Part shown: piece by piece, positions 13,255 through 26,702 of the stretch
How positions within the stretch are numbered: position 1 is the stretch's first letter
How the letters are laid out: each line of letters starts with the position of its first letter
Source of the DNA: Raillietiella orientalis
Taxonomy: Eukaryota
DNA length: 64,000 nucleotides
Assembly: GCA_036172245.1 (NCBI GenBank)
Contig: JAYWIR010000027.1
Location: forward strand, 744,001-808,000
Reading direction: 5' to 3'
Position numbers and translations under genes: made by a program
The notes under the pieces: model-generated
What the model was told of the DNA's origin: nothing
Databases searched by the model: none
The model's input: only the letters and a program-made list of their open reading frames with translations

Positions 13255-13493
13255 GTAAAGCACTGGCTGCCTAGTAACCATTTCGTTGCTGTGCTCCCAG
13301 GCCCCGACAGATGCATTTTTGGTACAAGTACACGCATTCGACTGCACACAGTGTGGGAGCATGGTAACGAAACGGTTACCGGGTAACCGGTGCCTTCCTG
13401 TGTGCAGCCGAAGCGTCTGCTTGTACCGAAAACGCATTCGTCAGGGCCTAGGAGCGTGGCAACGGAATGGTAACTGGGCAACCAGTGCTTTAC
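13255..13493. mobile_element. MITE/foldback-like imperfect palindrome (~240 bp) with an internal extra copy of the terminal subunit
   Basis: The left arm gtaaagcactggctgcctagtaacc...ctgcacacag is the reverse complement (~80% identity, mostly transitions) of the right arm ctgtgtgcag...ggcaaccagtgctttac. The ORF track shows the same peptide on both strands (VKHWLPS..GPD...FGTS). No target-site duplication was identified. Confidence 0.6.
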
Positions 13494-15100
13494 GTGTGCG
13501 TTCGAAATGCGGGGTCGCCAGTCTTGTAGGAAGTCTCCGCCACGTGCGAAGCAAATCCGTACAGACGGCTCGATTTTATTAAGATCCATCAATCATTCCT
13601 CAAAACCATTACTCTTCTTATCACGAGGCTAAATTTTTGTGATTTTATCTTAAGTGGCAGGATCCCGAGATGAAGAAGGAGCCAAATTTCCGAGGGTTTT
13701 CTTCCATATCTGGAACGTGAGACGTATTCGAATTCGAAGGAATCGGAACTAGAGGAGCTCTGGTCTGCTTGTGGCCCGAATCCAGCATCGTCGGAAAAGA
13801 GCAGACGAAGACAACCCCTTCCACATAATTTCTTTCTCTTGAGAAAAAAAAGGAAAAAAAAAAATTCAAAAAGCCAAATTTCCAGTGCATTAGCAAGAAA
13901 AAAAAAAAAAAAAAACGGAATAAAAATAAACGTGTATGCCCAGTGCAAGAAGAAAACCCAAAGAGAGGGAGACCGCATCCCTGGGATGGCATCGAAAACT
14001 GGACGGGGAAGTTCTATTTGGACCTTCGAATGGGAATTACGAATAGTGTTAATGATCCACCAGACGTTCCATAGAGATATGCACAGAGAGCGCAGACCAC
14101 GCTGAATTCCTCGAGGGATAATGGGCCAGCTACTGATTTCTTTGCAGGAAGCAATTTTAATTAAAACAAACCACTACACTCTGAGACGTTTCTCATATTA
14201 AATTACGAGCGCCGACAGGAGCAGCACACGCCTTCGACAGAAGTGGTAATGAAGAGCCACAATGATCTCCGAGTCCTTTGGTCGCTTTGAAGAGCTAATG
14301 AATTAATTGCAAATTACTCGTTGCAATCCTCCCGTGAACTGATCATGGGTTGGATGAATTCATACATTCATCTCTGGAGCGTAAGACCCTGTTATGAAGC
14401 AGGATCCGATCTTTTGAAGCGCTAAAGGAAGACGGATTGAAAGCTATAAGGGAGAATCCAGTGAGAAGAGGGCAGGGAAGGGAGGTCCCTGATCCGTGAA
14501 TCGGTGCATTGGAAATCGAAAGGCTTGCAACTGTCAGGAATAAAAATGCATTCCCGAAATAGGAGGAACACGTTTCGCGACACATGAGAATAAAGGAAGA
14601 CTCCACTCTCCAGAACCGGACAGGAGAGCGGTGGAAGAGCGACCACCCTTTTCTTCTCTTCCTCTCCCCTCCCTCCTTCCCCCCTCATCTCTCTCTCTCT
14701 CTCTTCCTTTTTTCCCTTCCTGCTTGCCGTTTACTTCTCGGGTTTTCTTGGAGACGCCGGGAGCCACTCTGAGCAGAGACGGATCGGACGGATTTCAGGG
14801 TCAGCGCACGTCCATCCCAACGGCGTCAACAATGGGGCAAAAATGGAAGGCGCCGTCGGCGAGGGGCGGCTCATTTGCATGGCTCAGGGGCGTGCGTGCC
14901 CGTGCGGGGCAGGGCGGGACCCCCTTGAACCCCGGGACGGCGATTCTTCCGTGCTTTTTTGGAGACGCCGGGAACACGGGCGGGGAGGAGGACCCTTCCG
15001 CGAAGAGGAGAGAGAGAGAGCGAGGAGGACCTCGGCGGTGCAGCCAAGTTCATTCATGTAAGGCACGGGGAATCCTTCTGCTTTCCCAAAAGGGAAATCC

Positions 15101-15241
<141 letters not shown>

Positions 15242-17109
15242 TTTTCTTTTTTTTTCGTCGCTTCTCCGCACTACCCCCGCTCCCTTCCCTTCCTTCTCCT
15301 CCTCCTTTCTTCCTTATACTTCCCCTCATGAATTTTCTCGATGTCGTTAATCACAAGCAAGTTTTGCCGTGTTATTCACGGGAAACACGGGATCGGAAGC
15401 AGTGTATGTCTCCTAGAGGCATACCCGGCTCCCTTCCTCCCCTGAGTACATCGAGAGAGGGGGGAGGGAAAAAAAACAGAGAGAGAGAGAGAGAGAGGAT
15501 TCTTTCGGCGTTTTGCTATGAAGGAACGTACAAAGAAAAACGGGCGAGAACTCGTAAGACAATGAAAACCTTCGAGGCTGGGAAGCCACAACTCTGGGAG
15601 GAAAGAAACAGGATGGGGAGGGAGTTTATCTCTAATTTTCCGGGTGTTTCATCGGATTAAGACTGTCGTCAGAGGGCAACCGACGGAACACGGGTGCTTG
15701 TCTTTTTCATTTTTTTGCTTTTTGAAGAAGGAGAGTTCGGTTTCGTGGCACATCCAGGAATGGTTGGCTCGAGGCGGGGAATTTCTTCATCCTCCCTGTC
15801 CTTGAGCGTCTGGCACAGCGTGCCACGTACTCTGTGGTGTCGCTCCGGGAAGTGATCCTCTTGCAGTCTTCCAGAGGCGAGCTCTCGTGCCATCCGCGAG
15901 TCGCCCCTGCGCCCGCCAGAAGGTCAAATTCTCAGGGTGGAGATCCGGAAGCGAAGGGGCTGCGGGCGGACCTCCACTCCGGTATCGCTCTAGTGGATGT
16001 GGTCAGTGGGGAGGAGGGCGGATGGTTAAGGACTCTGGCGAAGGGAAGGGAAAGAGAGAAAACAAGAGGGCAAGCGGGAGGCTGAAGCACGAGGCAAGGT
16101 TATAAGCGAGGAGGCAGGGATGTGAGTAGCTGGCCGCCGGCGCTGCACATCCGAAGAGAAACGTGGGATCCTCACTGGCTCAGGACAGAGGGTATTCACC
16201 CCTTTGTAGGGACGAGGGACCTTTGTAGCCCCTCTGCAGAAAGGTGTGGACGTGCCCTACCCATAACGAAGAGGGAATCAGGGTCGCCTCTTGCGACTGC
16301 TGGACGGTTACCTCGGAAACAGCACGTTGCCCTTTACTCTTTCGAAGAGGAAAAAGGGAAGGGACTGTTTCAAGGCAGGGTGAGTCATCAAGGCAACTGT
16401 CCAAGGAACGTGGAACAGGAGGAAAGTGACCAGAAGAGCTCACGCAAAACGAGGAAGCTGTCGCACGGATGAACGGCGTCACACCGTCCTCGGCTCCCTC
16501 CCTCCTACTCCGCTTCCTTTCTGTTTCCCTTTCTTCTTCCCTCTTCATCCTGTGCCGCTTTTCCCTGTCCGCTCTGCTTCTCGGAGCCTCCGGAGTGGGA
16601 GATCTGAGCGACGCTTTGGCTGTGCTGCCTCCGATCCTCGGTGGACTTCCGAGAACCCATGCGACCCTACCCGCTCCTCCTGCTTGAAAGGCAGCGTCCC
16701 TCTCTGGAGAGCCACCTCTTCCTCCCCGAGTGTCTTTCGCCTGTAGCCCGAACGCGTCTCGCGGTGAGCTGCAGGAATCTACTGTTCCGAGTCACATGAT
16801 GAATCGCATCGCAAAAGCCTTTCGTTCCCCCCCCTGCCGCAATCAGATGACAGGAAAAATGGCGCTAGAAGCATTTGATTCGGGGAGATGAACCTGAAGG
16901 CAGAGAACTCCTCGTGTACAAAAGCGAGTAAGCGGAAGGGGAGAAGGCAAGGGAAAGGAACGAACGGAGCGATGATACCACTGTCTCCGCAGCTTAGGGC
17001 GCCAGCGAAGGAGAACCAGCTCTGCCCCTAGTAGTTCCCTGTCAACGGAGACTTTCCTTCTTGAAGTCTCTTTCTGAGACCTCGAGATGGAACACGCCAA
17101 CGCGTGCAC

Positions 17110-20100
17110 CCCTTAGAGATGCGAGAAGCTCCAGTCGTGCAACGTTGTTACGGAAAAGAGTAGATGCGCGATGGCAGTGAGTGTAGCCATTCAGAAGCAC
17201 AGAAGCTTGGGAGTTCCTTCGAGAAGGAGCGCTGACTTTCGTGCTGAGATGCAGATCGAAACGGTGCGAGGGATGGAGTTCTAGAGGAACAAAAAAATGA
17301 AAAAAAATAGATGGAGAGGAAAAAGGGGACTCAAGGCGTCAAAGGTTTACCTGCTGGCAGCACGAGCTGCTCATGGAACCCTTTTTCAATCATGTGAAGC
17401 CATTTCTCAACTGCCTCAGCTTGGTCGCGGTCACCTGGTTGGCTTCTCCGAGTTGCTGGCGCTTCAAATGCTAGCACAGCTATGCGACTTCTGTGACACA
17501 GAGCCCTATCCTGGGTGGGGAAGAAGTGGCGAAGCGATCTCTTAGGGACTTCTTTTCCAAGTGGATCAGGGCTGCTGATAAACGTTGTCAGTCGCATCGA
17601 AGGATGCCTCTGCTCAGCAGCGGTTGCAGAGAAGCCACCTGCGCTCCTAGGGAGCTCTCTCTCTGGAAGGCGCTCTCTTTCATCCGGCGGTGCTGGCTTT
17701 ACATTTCACATAAGTAATCCAGCTGAAGAAGGGTATGGCCGGTGCCCAGGACAGCCGACCTGCTGACCAGGCCGAAATTCCTGGGCGGATGCCGAGCAGT
17801 GTAGGCCATAGGGTGTAGACACAAGACTTCACGTCTTGACCTGCCGCACATTGCAAGCCGAGTGGACTACCCTGAAAAGGGTCATCGGGCTATCCACCGC
17901 CTCGACCATAGAGGTCTTGGCAGGGATGTTCCAGGGAACTGGAACGGTTCCCTGCTATAACCCCATAGTAAGAGTGCTCCATCGCCCTCTTCATCACCGC
18001 CATTCTTGTGCGGTGATGGAAGATGAAGACCACGAGGACCACCATATGTCCACTGGACATCCTGAAGGGGCTCATCCAGAAGGAGATCCAAAAGCCTTAG
18101 TAAACGGTTTGGTCTGTAAGGCCAGAGAACACCTGTAAAAGGTGTCTCTGAAATTAGGTGCGACCACTTGAGATGCGTGCAAGCCATGTGTAAAGCTGAC
18201 GCGATCGAACAGGAGTCACAGAAACCACGCCCCCTCTCCCAGAAAAAAACACAAAAGCTCTGCCGCGATGCACAGTGGGCTAAAATACTTCTCTGCGCAG
18301 GCAGCCCCAAACAACGAAACAAGCAACGGCTGCATCCGATGCATCTCTGAGGCTGGGCGAAGCGCAGGAAGTCCATCAACCCCACACGGGAAGGCAAGCA
18401 CATGGCTGGAAGCCTTCTTAAAATATCAATACAGAGGGATCAGTACCGATCGCGATGTGAAGGCCACTGTTGATTAAGGTGATCGCCAGGGATGGAAGCG
18501 CGCAGATGGGAAACCCCCAAAACAGTGAGACTTTCCCACTGGCGCGCCACTTATCTCGAAGCTGACGCTTCCAAAAGGAACCAGAAGTCCCACAACAGTG
18601 ACTTCAGTGTGGAGATCCCCAAGCAGTGACGCCCGACTCTACAAAAGAGTGCGATGGCTCGAGAAAATATTGCGGACTTGCCAGTAGACTTCCTTCCAAA
18701 GCTCCCACGGAGGAAGTGGTGCCCAAAGAAGAAACATAGGGAAAGGCAAATCCTTCCCATGCATCACTGGAGGAACCCTGCTTAGCCCACTCTTCTCCCT
18801 ACTCTTCGGAGGACGAAGAGGCAGAGACTGCCGGCAGCAATGCAGCCAAAAACTCCAAAGGCGTGCGAGCCCCACCTGCGCCTGGACAGCCTCTCCCATC
18901 ACATGGAAAAACGGGAAAACCGGCGCCTTCGCAGGCGTGATGGCAAAGTTGACCGCTGCGCTCACAACCCGCATAGCTGTGTGCAACGTTCAACGGCCTG
19001 TAGAACGACGCGAAGAGGCGCGGAATAACAGGATCTCTGAGAAGATTCGACCATGTGTTTCTGCAGGAGGTGCACAGGCTCTCCACACAAGTGATTCGCG
19101 AGATCGAACACATCTCAGGAGGAACCCTTGAAATGGAATTTGGCTCTGCAAGCAGTGGTTACATTCCTTCTCACGCATAAGGCAGGTGACGCAACGCGTC
19201 CGTTTTTGGATAGAGTGGTCGGGTAGGTTCAGCCTTGTGCTCAAATGGCTCGACTCGACGGACCTCGTCCAACCTCTACGCGTCCTGCAGCTCACAACCC
19301 TCCTAAAAAGTGTTTTTCGAGTCACTCCAGGGAGACCGATTGCATCCATTCGGAAATGGCCCACCTGACCTCGGGGAGCTTCGAGGTTTATTGTTCTTAG
19401 ATGAGCCACGCCCGAATACCAACGGGCTGTGTGCGGCGGTGCACACCGCAAACCTGGAGTGTCCGACTGCATCGGACACGTGCTCCTCGACCACCATCTG
19501 TGCTCAAGGGTGGTTTGGAGAATGCTTGATGGCTGGATCAGCCACCCGGAAGAACTTCTGAGCATGGGAAGAACTGCGAGACTTTCTCTTGGCCGACAGT
19601 TCCACCTGCCAGGAAAAGTCTTCATTTTCGGCACGTACGACGCGTAACGAGGCAATGTGGCCCCCGCCTATATGCGAGGGTGTCTCCGAACCAGAACTGT
19701 GCCACTGGGCTTCTCGAGGCGACCTCCCGGGACAGGCTGACAGAGGAGACTTCCAGCCGGATTGAGCCCCTCGCGATCAGAGACATCGTGGGCCGCCATC
19801 TGAAAACCAAGACTGCCCCAGATGCGGATAGGCTCCCCTCTTTGAGGTAGCTGCCTCCTTCAGGTCATCCAGGGTCCGCCTCTTACACAAAAACGTTGAC
19901 CTTTACGGTATCCCCACCACGCTTGTGAGCACCGGAGTCAAGTTGTTGCGTAAGGTGTGGAGCGTGCGAACAGGGTAACTGGAGGAATCCGTGTTGAGCT
20001 CGGAACGAAGCCACGCGTCCCAGGTCAAACCATAGATGCCAAACTGCTCTGCCCCCACACCTGGTCCAGGATGTGGAAAGAAGCTACTTTTGTTTCTAAA

Positions 20101-21950
20101 AAGAGAGCGAGCTATGTGGAAGAGGGGGGATGGGGAGGGGTTCCGTGAGAAACCCCACCCGAGAAAGGAGCACTTTCTGCCGCAGTCGATCTTGGAAAGG
20201 TTTTCGGATGCGTCTATCAGAGGTCTTCCTCAAGCTGCTGGAAGGTTTGGCTTCATAGCCAGTCTTCTTGCGTAGCTGCGCTCTTTGTGGCGCAAAACGA
20301 AGCTTTCGATCTTTCAGCGGTCTGCTCACCAAAATCGTCAAGGCCTGACGAGGAGTCGGACAGGGAGGCAGCTTGAGTCCTTGTTCTTTGAGCTGCTGCT
20401 GAACGCATACCGGCACATTTCTGTCGGTCTCGCACTGAACTCGGATGGCACTCCAGGAGTGATAGCGGTCTACGCTGAAGAGTTGTTTCTGTTGCCCGCT
20501 TTCGTTCGCAGGAGTATCGGCAAACCCAGCAACCTTACTCGAAACGTTCTTAAAGTTCATTCGCAGGAGTGCCGGTGTGACAGACATAAGTCGCGAATTC
20601 TGGCATTGCGTTGATATATGGATTCGGATTGGTCTTCGTTAGGAATTCCCGTGAGAGGGTCCTCTAACTTATCTGAGGATGTCCAGGGATTCGCTTTCCA
20701 AGAGTGAGATTTTCCCGTCCAGCTGTTGAAGTCGCAGTGAATAAGCAGTTGCTGTCGCACCATTCGCGACAGCAACTTCTGCTTCCGAAAAGAGCAGCTG
20801 CATGCAACAACTTTCTCGCTCTCCTTTTCCGGTCCTTCATTTTTGTTTATCCAGGAGACGGGAGCGCCGTCAAGTTATCAGTTTGATGCAGTCAGCTTTG
20901 TCTGGATCTGCAACATTCAAAATGCGAACGAAAGACACGGTTCCCTTTCGCCAAACTGCGGACCGGAATTTCTCCGCGGAACCGATGCAGATGCGAACAT
21001 ACTTCCAGAGGTTGGTCCAGACGGTAAAGTTGTGGAACACTTACTTGTGGAACACCCTTTGCTCATTATCTTGGAGAATCCAGAGATATGTGAAAAATCC
21101 GTGTCCACTCTTGCGCAAACGCAGGAGAGAGAGGCGTCTACGTCTCGAGCTCTGACCGCTCTGCGGCGCTGCTAGACGATCACCAATGGATGTTCTGACT
21201 CTCGCCGAACAGGAATCCTTGGAGACAGCAATCAGTGGAAACGTCAGTGGAGAATGGACCTCTCCTCGACAGCAGCGCCAACAAATGCCTCAGGCGAGAT
21301 ATCCTACGGTGCTTGCTCGCGTTCCGGTGCAAGGCCATTCAGGACGTCACGAGTCCGATTCGGCATCTCTGGGGATGAAGAGAATGTGCGCACCCTGAAG
21401 CCTGGGAGGGGTAACGTGCCAGGCCGAGGACACCTGGCCCATCGGACGGTGGGAAGAGCGCCTCCCGAAGACCTCGCTCAGGGCCCGCAGCGGTGTGGAT
21501 CGCATATCCGGGAATTGCACGTGGGAACGTCGGGATATCGTGCTTTCCTCTGATATTTACAGGAATTCCCAACAAGAACCTTATGGCTGTGGGATCTGCC
21601 TCAGGCAGGCCATCATCCCCTTCAGCGAGCAGTGAGCTTAAACGGAAGTCGCGCAGACGTTGCGTTTCTTGCACGCTCGTGCAGCTGATCTTCGTCCACG
21701 CCTGAAACGTTCCCGGCTTCCAGGCACGCAGTTCGTCGTCCGTCCGTCTTCTGGTGCCAGCAGGCGGCCTTCTCGCTGGAGCACGGGGGCCTCCCCTGGA
21801 GCGGGCAACCGGCGACTGCCACCACGCCTCCGCGGGGAGGAACGCCCTCGGAGTGCCACTTGCTGCGGGGCGGTGGCAGCTCTGCCTCCCGCGCTCATTG
21901 CACGTCTGAAGGCTGCGGCAGAGACGGAAGCGCATCGCCGAGGCACCTCG
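17110..21950 (-). mobile_element. Decayed non-LTR retrotransposon (L1/Tx1-like), ORF1/ORF2 remnants with stops and frameshifts
   Basis: Degenerate motifs lie in the expected order on the minus strand: APE-like LLIHCDFNS (~20740, cf. GDFN); EVRWAIS..NRSP.D (~19350, cf. KSPGPDG); WRACAPPAETHGRIFSEILLFR (~19060, cf. WRPISLLNxDYKILAKILxxR); EAS...LTVLGV (~18540); FCVFFW (~18250). A T-rich 3' UTR follows ~17330. Boundaries are approximate. Confidence 0.6.
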
Positions 21951-23327
21951 ATTCGACAGTGATGCCCCGTGGGAGCTGTTCAAGCAGATGCTCACTTCTC
22001 CAGGGTTACCTGGCAATTCTTTGTCACATTACCGATCGAATGGAAAAGGGGTGTGGCCGTCGTGCCAAGGATCCACCAACGCCTCCACGCGAAGGCCGAC
22101 CAAATCGCTCAATGTGGGATGTGAGGTTCAAGAAAACTTTCGGACAGCAGTGGGCGGATTGCTAAGCGCCCATTCCTGTCATCCCCTTTCCATCCACGCC
22201 CTCGGGAACCGCGCTCAAGGCGGCGAGTAGGGCGATCTGTCCCTATTTCTTTCCTTTCTTTTCGAGTCCCTTACACCCTCCCCCTCCTCTCGTGCCTGGA
22301 TCCCCTTGTTCTCCCCCTCCCGAGGACAATCCCTTTGGCTTCGGAGCGGCCACGCGCCAGTTCTTCTCGTACCTCACAAATTTCCGTTTATTTATTTTGG
22401 CATCGCCGTTGCTAGTTTCCTTTTAACCGACTTTCCGGGGTCATCGTATGGGTCACTGTCCGCCCACTGGCAATGTGCGAAACAAAAAAAAAGGACTCAA
22501 ATGTTTGTGGAAGAGGAGGGAACACAGATTGCTCCCCAGTGGCTTCTGCATCTTCTCAAGGATGCTGGCAAGTTCCTCCTGGTTGTGCCTCAGGCACCGC
22601 CTTCTCGCTGCGATCCTCAGCAACGGGTAGACGAAGGAGGTGGTTCCTCTGTTTTTGTTCCCACCTCTGCCGTCAGGGCCTTCGACCGCCATGATCCTGC
22701 GGACGCTGCACGAAGTTGCAATCGTCGCGGCAGGCGCCAACCCCCCACGAGTGAAGAGACGTCCAAAAGAGGCCTTCGGATGGTCTTCCGGGGAGTTCAC
22801 GGACGTGGTCAAACGCCCTCACACTCACCGGAGAGCAACACCGCGTCTATCCCACTCTGGGGCCGCACTTCCTAGTGCTCCTGTGGTGGAGGCTCTCATT
22901 GCATGGTGTGACCCCATGAAACAGCCAAGACACATGGCGTTCCTGCCACTTCAAGGAAAGACGGAGCCGTCGAAGAACACGGAGAATTCCACTTTTTCCA
23001 ACGGGATTCAGAGGAGATCCACTCAGCGGAGAAGTCGTTCTGGGAGGGCAGCAGAGGTGGGAGCGTCAGCCAGCTGACGCCGTCAAGCATCCCGACTGCT
23101 TCTTCTTTGCTGAAATTTCGCTGGTCAATTTCCCCATCTTGAGGTGTTGGTGATGGTCCTGGTTGTCTCACAGCAAGAGGGGTCTGCCCTGGGCACTCCA
23201 TCGTTCCCTTCAGCGAGCGGCAAGCACAAACGGAAGTGCTGCAGGAGTTGCGTTTCTTGCAGGCTCGTGCAGCTGACCTTCGTCCACGCCTGAACCGTTC
23301 TTGGCTTCCAGGCATCGCAGTTCGTCG
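21591..23327. repeat. ~148-bp diverged direct repeat (21591-21738 and 23179-23327)
   Basis: Both copies share cccttcagcgagc...gttgcgtttcttgca.gctcgtgcagctga.cttcgtccacgcctgaa.cgttc..ggcttccaggca..gcagttcgtcg. Confidence 0.9.
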
Positions 23328-26300
23328 GCGAGCCGGACGATCACGATCAGACTTGGTGCCGGTCCCAAGTATGGCGTGTCGCGACATGGGGCAGGGTGAG
23401 TGGTAGCTCGCATCCCCTGCTCTTCAGCTCTTTGGGCTGGTGCTAACGGCGTTCAGGGAGACCCTGGCTACATCGTCGAGCTCTACAGTGCCGACCTACA
23501 CAGACGGCAGATCTTTCGCTTCCGATCCCCAAACTCATCGTAATCCCACAGCATCCTGAACGATTAACCCGCCCGAAAAGATTAGGGAGTTCGGATGCAG
23601 GCGTAAGGCTTGCAGATCCTGGCTATACTATCAGAACGAGAAGGCGTCAGGTGTCTCTGCAGGCAGCGGCTCCCCTTATTCTCTAATCCGACGTCATGGT
23701 GTCAAGTCTGGCTAGCCGGCTGCAGCAAGCAGGAAGACCAATCTCCTTCATGCTGGCCCCCTTAGCTTCCTCGAATAGAGAGAAGACAGCCTCACCAAGC
23801 TCCTCCCTTCGCACCGCGGGTTGTTCCGCCATGGCGCCGCCGTCCGTCCTGGCAAGCCGGGGTCGCGAGCAGGGGCTCCGAACGGAGCTGGTCTGGCTGC
23901 TGGTCTGCGGAACTATGGCGCATATCGCATCCCCCAGGCACCCGCGGTGACATTAGGGCGAGATTTTCTTCGGGACCTGCTTCCCGCCGCCGGCGTAGCA
24001 GCTGCCTTTGCGACTTTTCCTCCCGCTGCTGTAAGAAAACTGCGTGTTTATTTATGATTTTTTTCAATGTCCCGGCCCATCCGGAAAAGTTGGCCGAAGA
24101 GTTCAGGAAAGCCCATGGGAGCGGGAAGGCAAGGAAGGGGACAGGACCTTGAAGGAAAGGGTGACTAGAATTTGGGCGGCTGGCCATCGGCTGGTGTATC
24201 TTTTTAGCTCCAAGAGATCCTTCCTCTCTAGACGTGCCCGTCTGCGCGCCGTGTGCAGCAGTCCTTTTGCATATCCGGAGGATGTCGACCTTTCGCTTTT
24301 GGTTGTCTTCCGAGTTCCAGGATGTCGCCACGGCGCGTGGGCGGCACACGAAGAAGGTCGTAGCTGCCTCCTTCGAGAAATCGGAGGAACCGCCCAGACG
24401 GGTCTTCCGGGACGAGATAGGGGAAGGGGAACAGGCCGTGCCCCGCTTCAACGCATCCTTCTTACGGACCGCGGCACCGGGATGAGGGGGAGCGCTCCGC
24501 AGCACTGACGGTCTGGAGTCCGCTTCACCCTGTAGCGTGTGACGCACGAGGTCGTCCCTGGGCGGGGAGGCAGCGGATGAGCAGCGCTAGACGTTCGCAG
24601 GGATCGCCGAGGGTTCCTGGAAGATCTGCAGGGCTCCCACTGAATCATCCGGCCACTGTAAGGAAGACCTCTGGGTCGGCGAGGTCTCCGCAGAGCCGCT
24701 TCCAGGCTGGGCTAGGAGCGTTCCCCGGGGATGCGCCTTCCCTGGTGCACGTCGTGCCAGTGTCCGTCTGGCAGGTTCCTACGAGATCTGCAGCCAGTGA
24801 ACGATGCCGGGGAGGCGCATCCCAAGCTTGCTTTGGCGTCTCGCTTCTTCCAGAGGAGGACGTCTGATTTTGCACGGTCTTCCTGCGAGGCAGAACCGTC
24901 GCCGTTGCTGGCGGTTGCCACGCCTTACAGCCTGCTCGGGACGGGTAGGCGATTGCCAGATGACGTCGGAGCGACGCTGTCTCCCATCCTTGGGAGGGGA
25001 TTTGACCTTCCCCCTGCTGCGGTGGGTTGCGTGTGCGAGGGCAGCCGGAGTGCTTGTCTCGCGGTCCCGACGCGGTGGACAACGGAAGGGAGGGGTGGAA
25101 GTGGCGCTCCGGCCGACCTTGCACTGCCTGGCCTCAACTTCCTCAGGGTGAGTTGGGCGCGGACAGCATTCGGGGAAGGAAGGAGAGACGTCTGCTCCCC
25201 CGTCGTGGAAAAAAGGCCCTCCGAGAGGCTTTCGGATCTCGCATTGCTCCACAGGGCTTTGCTCAAGGCAGCAGCCACCCTCCTGGGGGTGAGGCTGCCG
25301 ACTACGTGTGAGCTAGGTGAGTGGAAGTGTCTCCCCAGAGGGTTGGACGTTGCCGGAGTTGCCTGACCATCTCAAGGAAGACCCCGGTGTAGAGTCGACC
25401 GTGGCAGCAAAGTGACAGCAGCGTGGCTGCCGCAAGACTTTGAAGATCGAAGGAATCTTCAATACGCGCGCACGTGCTCCACGCACCTCCCAGCAATGCC
25501 TTAGTGGCGTGCTGCTAGCGTGTTTGACTGGATGCTATCTCTGGAAGGGGGTCGTGGGGGGGAGGGAAGGACTGTCCATTTTGCTAATTGGCATCTCCAG
25601 GTGTTGCGTGTTTCGCAGTGTCCTTTAATCAGGATGGCTCCGTCTCCTGTCACTTGTCTAAAGGCCGACATTGATAACATGGAGCGAGTTGCTCACAGCT
25701 TCCTCACGGCTGCCGTGTAATCTCGGAACACCTCTGGTTACCGTTTATAGCTCTTCTGTCCTTCACTGCATCCGTTTCAAGTCGCGATTGCTGAAGTCTG
25801 AGTTTCCAAGATTACAGTATTCCACAGCATCGAGGAAACTCTTCTTCGTCTGAAGGCTGCAGAACAATTAAAAACACGGGAGGAGGGATGGGGAAAGGAA
25901 ATTATTATTATTATAATTTTGCGTTTGTTGCGTTCCGATCTTGTTTCGGCGTGGGAACCCTTGAGGTATATCGAGTTCTTCCTCGCCCCACCTTTCTTGC
26001 CCTGAAGACAGTGGTACCTTCCTCCTGAAGTGGCAAGAGGGTGCGTTGCTGTCGTTGCATTGGGGAATCCCAAGCAAGGCACGCCTCCATCACTGGACGC
26101 GGGGGAGCTTCGATGCCCATCGTACAAAGTGCGGCGAGAAGGAGACCTTCGCGCACTTATTGGTAGACTGTTCTGCCCTTCGACTCCTGTGGAATCGTCT
26201 CTCCACGGTCCTAGGAACGCCGGAGGGCGAAACAAGGGGCATTTTCCGACGCCTCCTCCTCATGCGTTCCGATCTGCCGCCAGCCGCGTCCCGAGCAGTT

Positions 26301-26702
26301 CTCTGCTGATGTGTCCGCGGAATCGTGGCATGCTGAAACTCGACAAGGAGAGGGCAAAATCTCAGGGGCGCCGTTCAGTGAGCGCGGATCTTTTTGAAGA
26401 CCGCATCAAGATGACCCCACCTGGGCAACATGGGAACACAACTTGTCGACATCCTGGACAGGATGCAGAGGACGTCTCCCGGCGTATAGCAATCCCTTCC
26501 CCGCTCTCCCTCCCCCTTTTCTTTTTTTTGTTTGTGTGTTTTTTTGTGTGGCTTCCCCCCCTTCGCCGCTGAAGCGGACCCCACCAGTTTCCGTATCGGA
26601 TAATGACGAGCTGAATAATCGAGGTGAACCAAGTGTTTCACCTCGTGAGCATTTCTTTGTAATTTTTATGATGAATTCCCAGGCAAATCCGGGTGACAAA
26701 CC
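22500..26702 (+). mobile_element. Decayed L1/Tx1-like non-LTR retrotransposon (ORF1 remnant, EN/RT remnants, C-terminal zinc-binding domain, structured 3' UTR)
   Basis: Clear C-terminal zf-RVT-type motif KCGEKETFAHLLVDCSALRLLW (~26130-26195). Weaker upstream remnants in order: CDPMKQPRHMA (~22910, knuckle-like), VTLGRDF (~23950), TAAPG*GG (~24475), EPSPLL and LPDDV (~24890-24965). T-rich 3' UTR with hairpins ending ..gacaaacc at 26702. The 5' boundary is uncertain. Confidence 0.65.

Noticed and set aside
17730..17745. cggccatacc (minus strand) resembling the 5' end of 5S rRNA
   Set aside because: Only a 10-nt match, with no continuation or internal promoter boxes.
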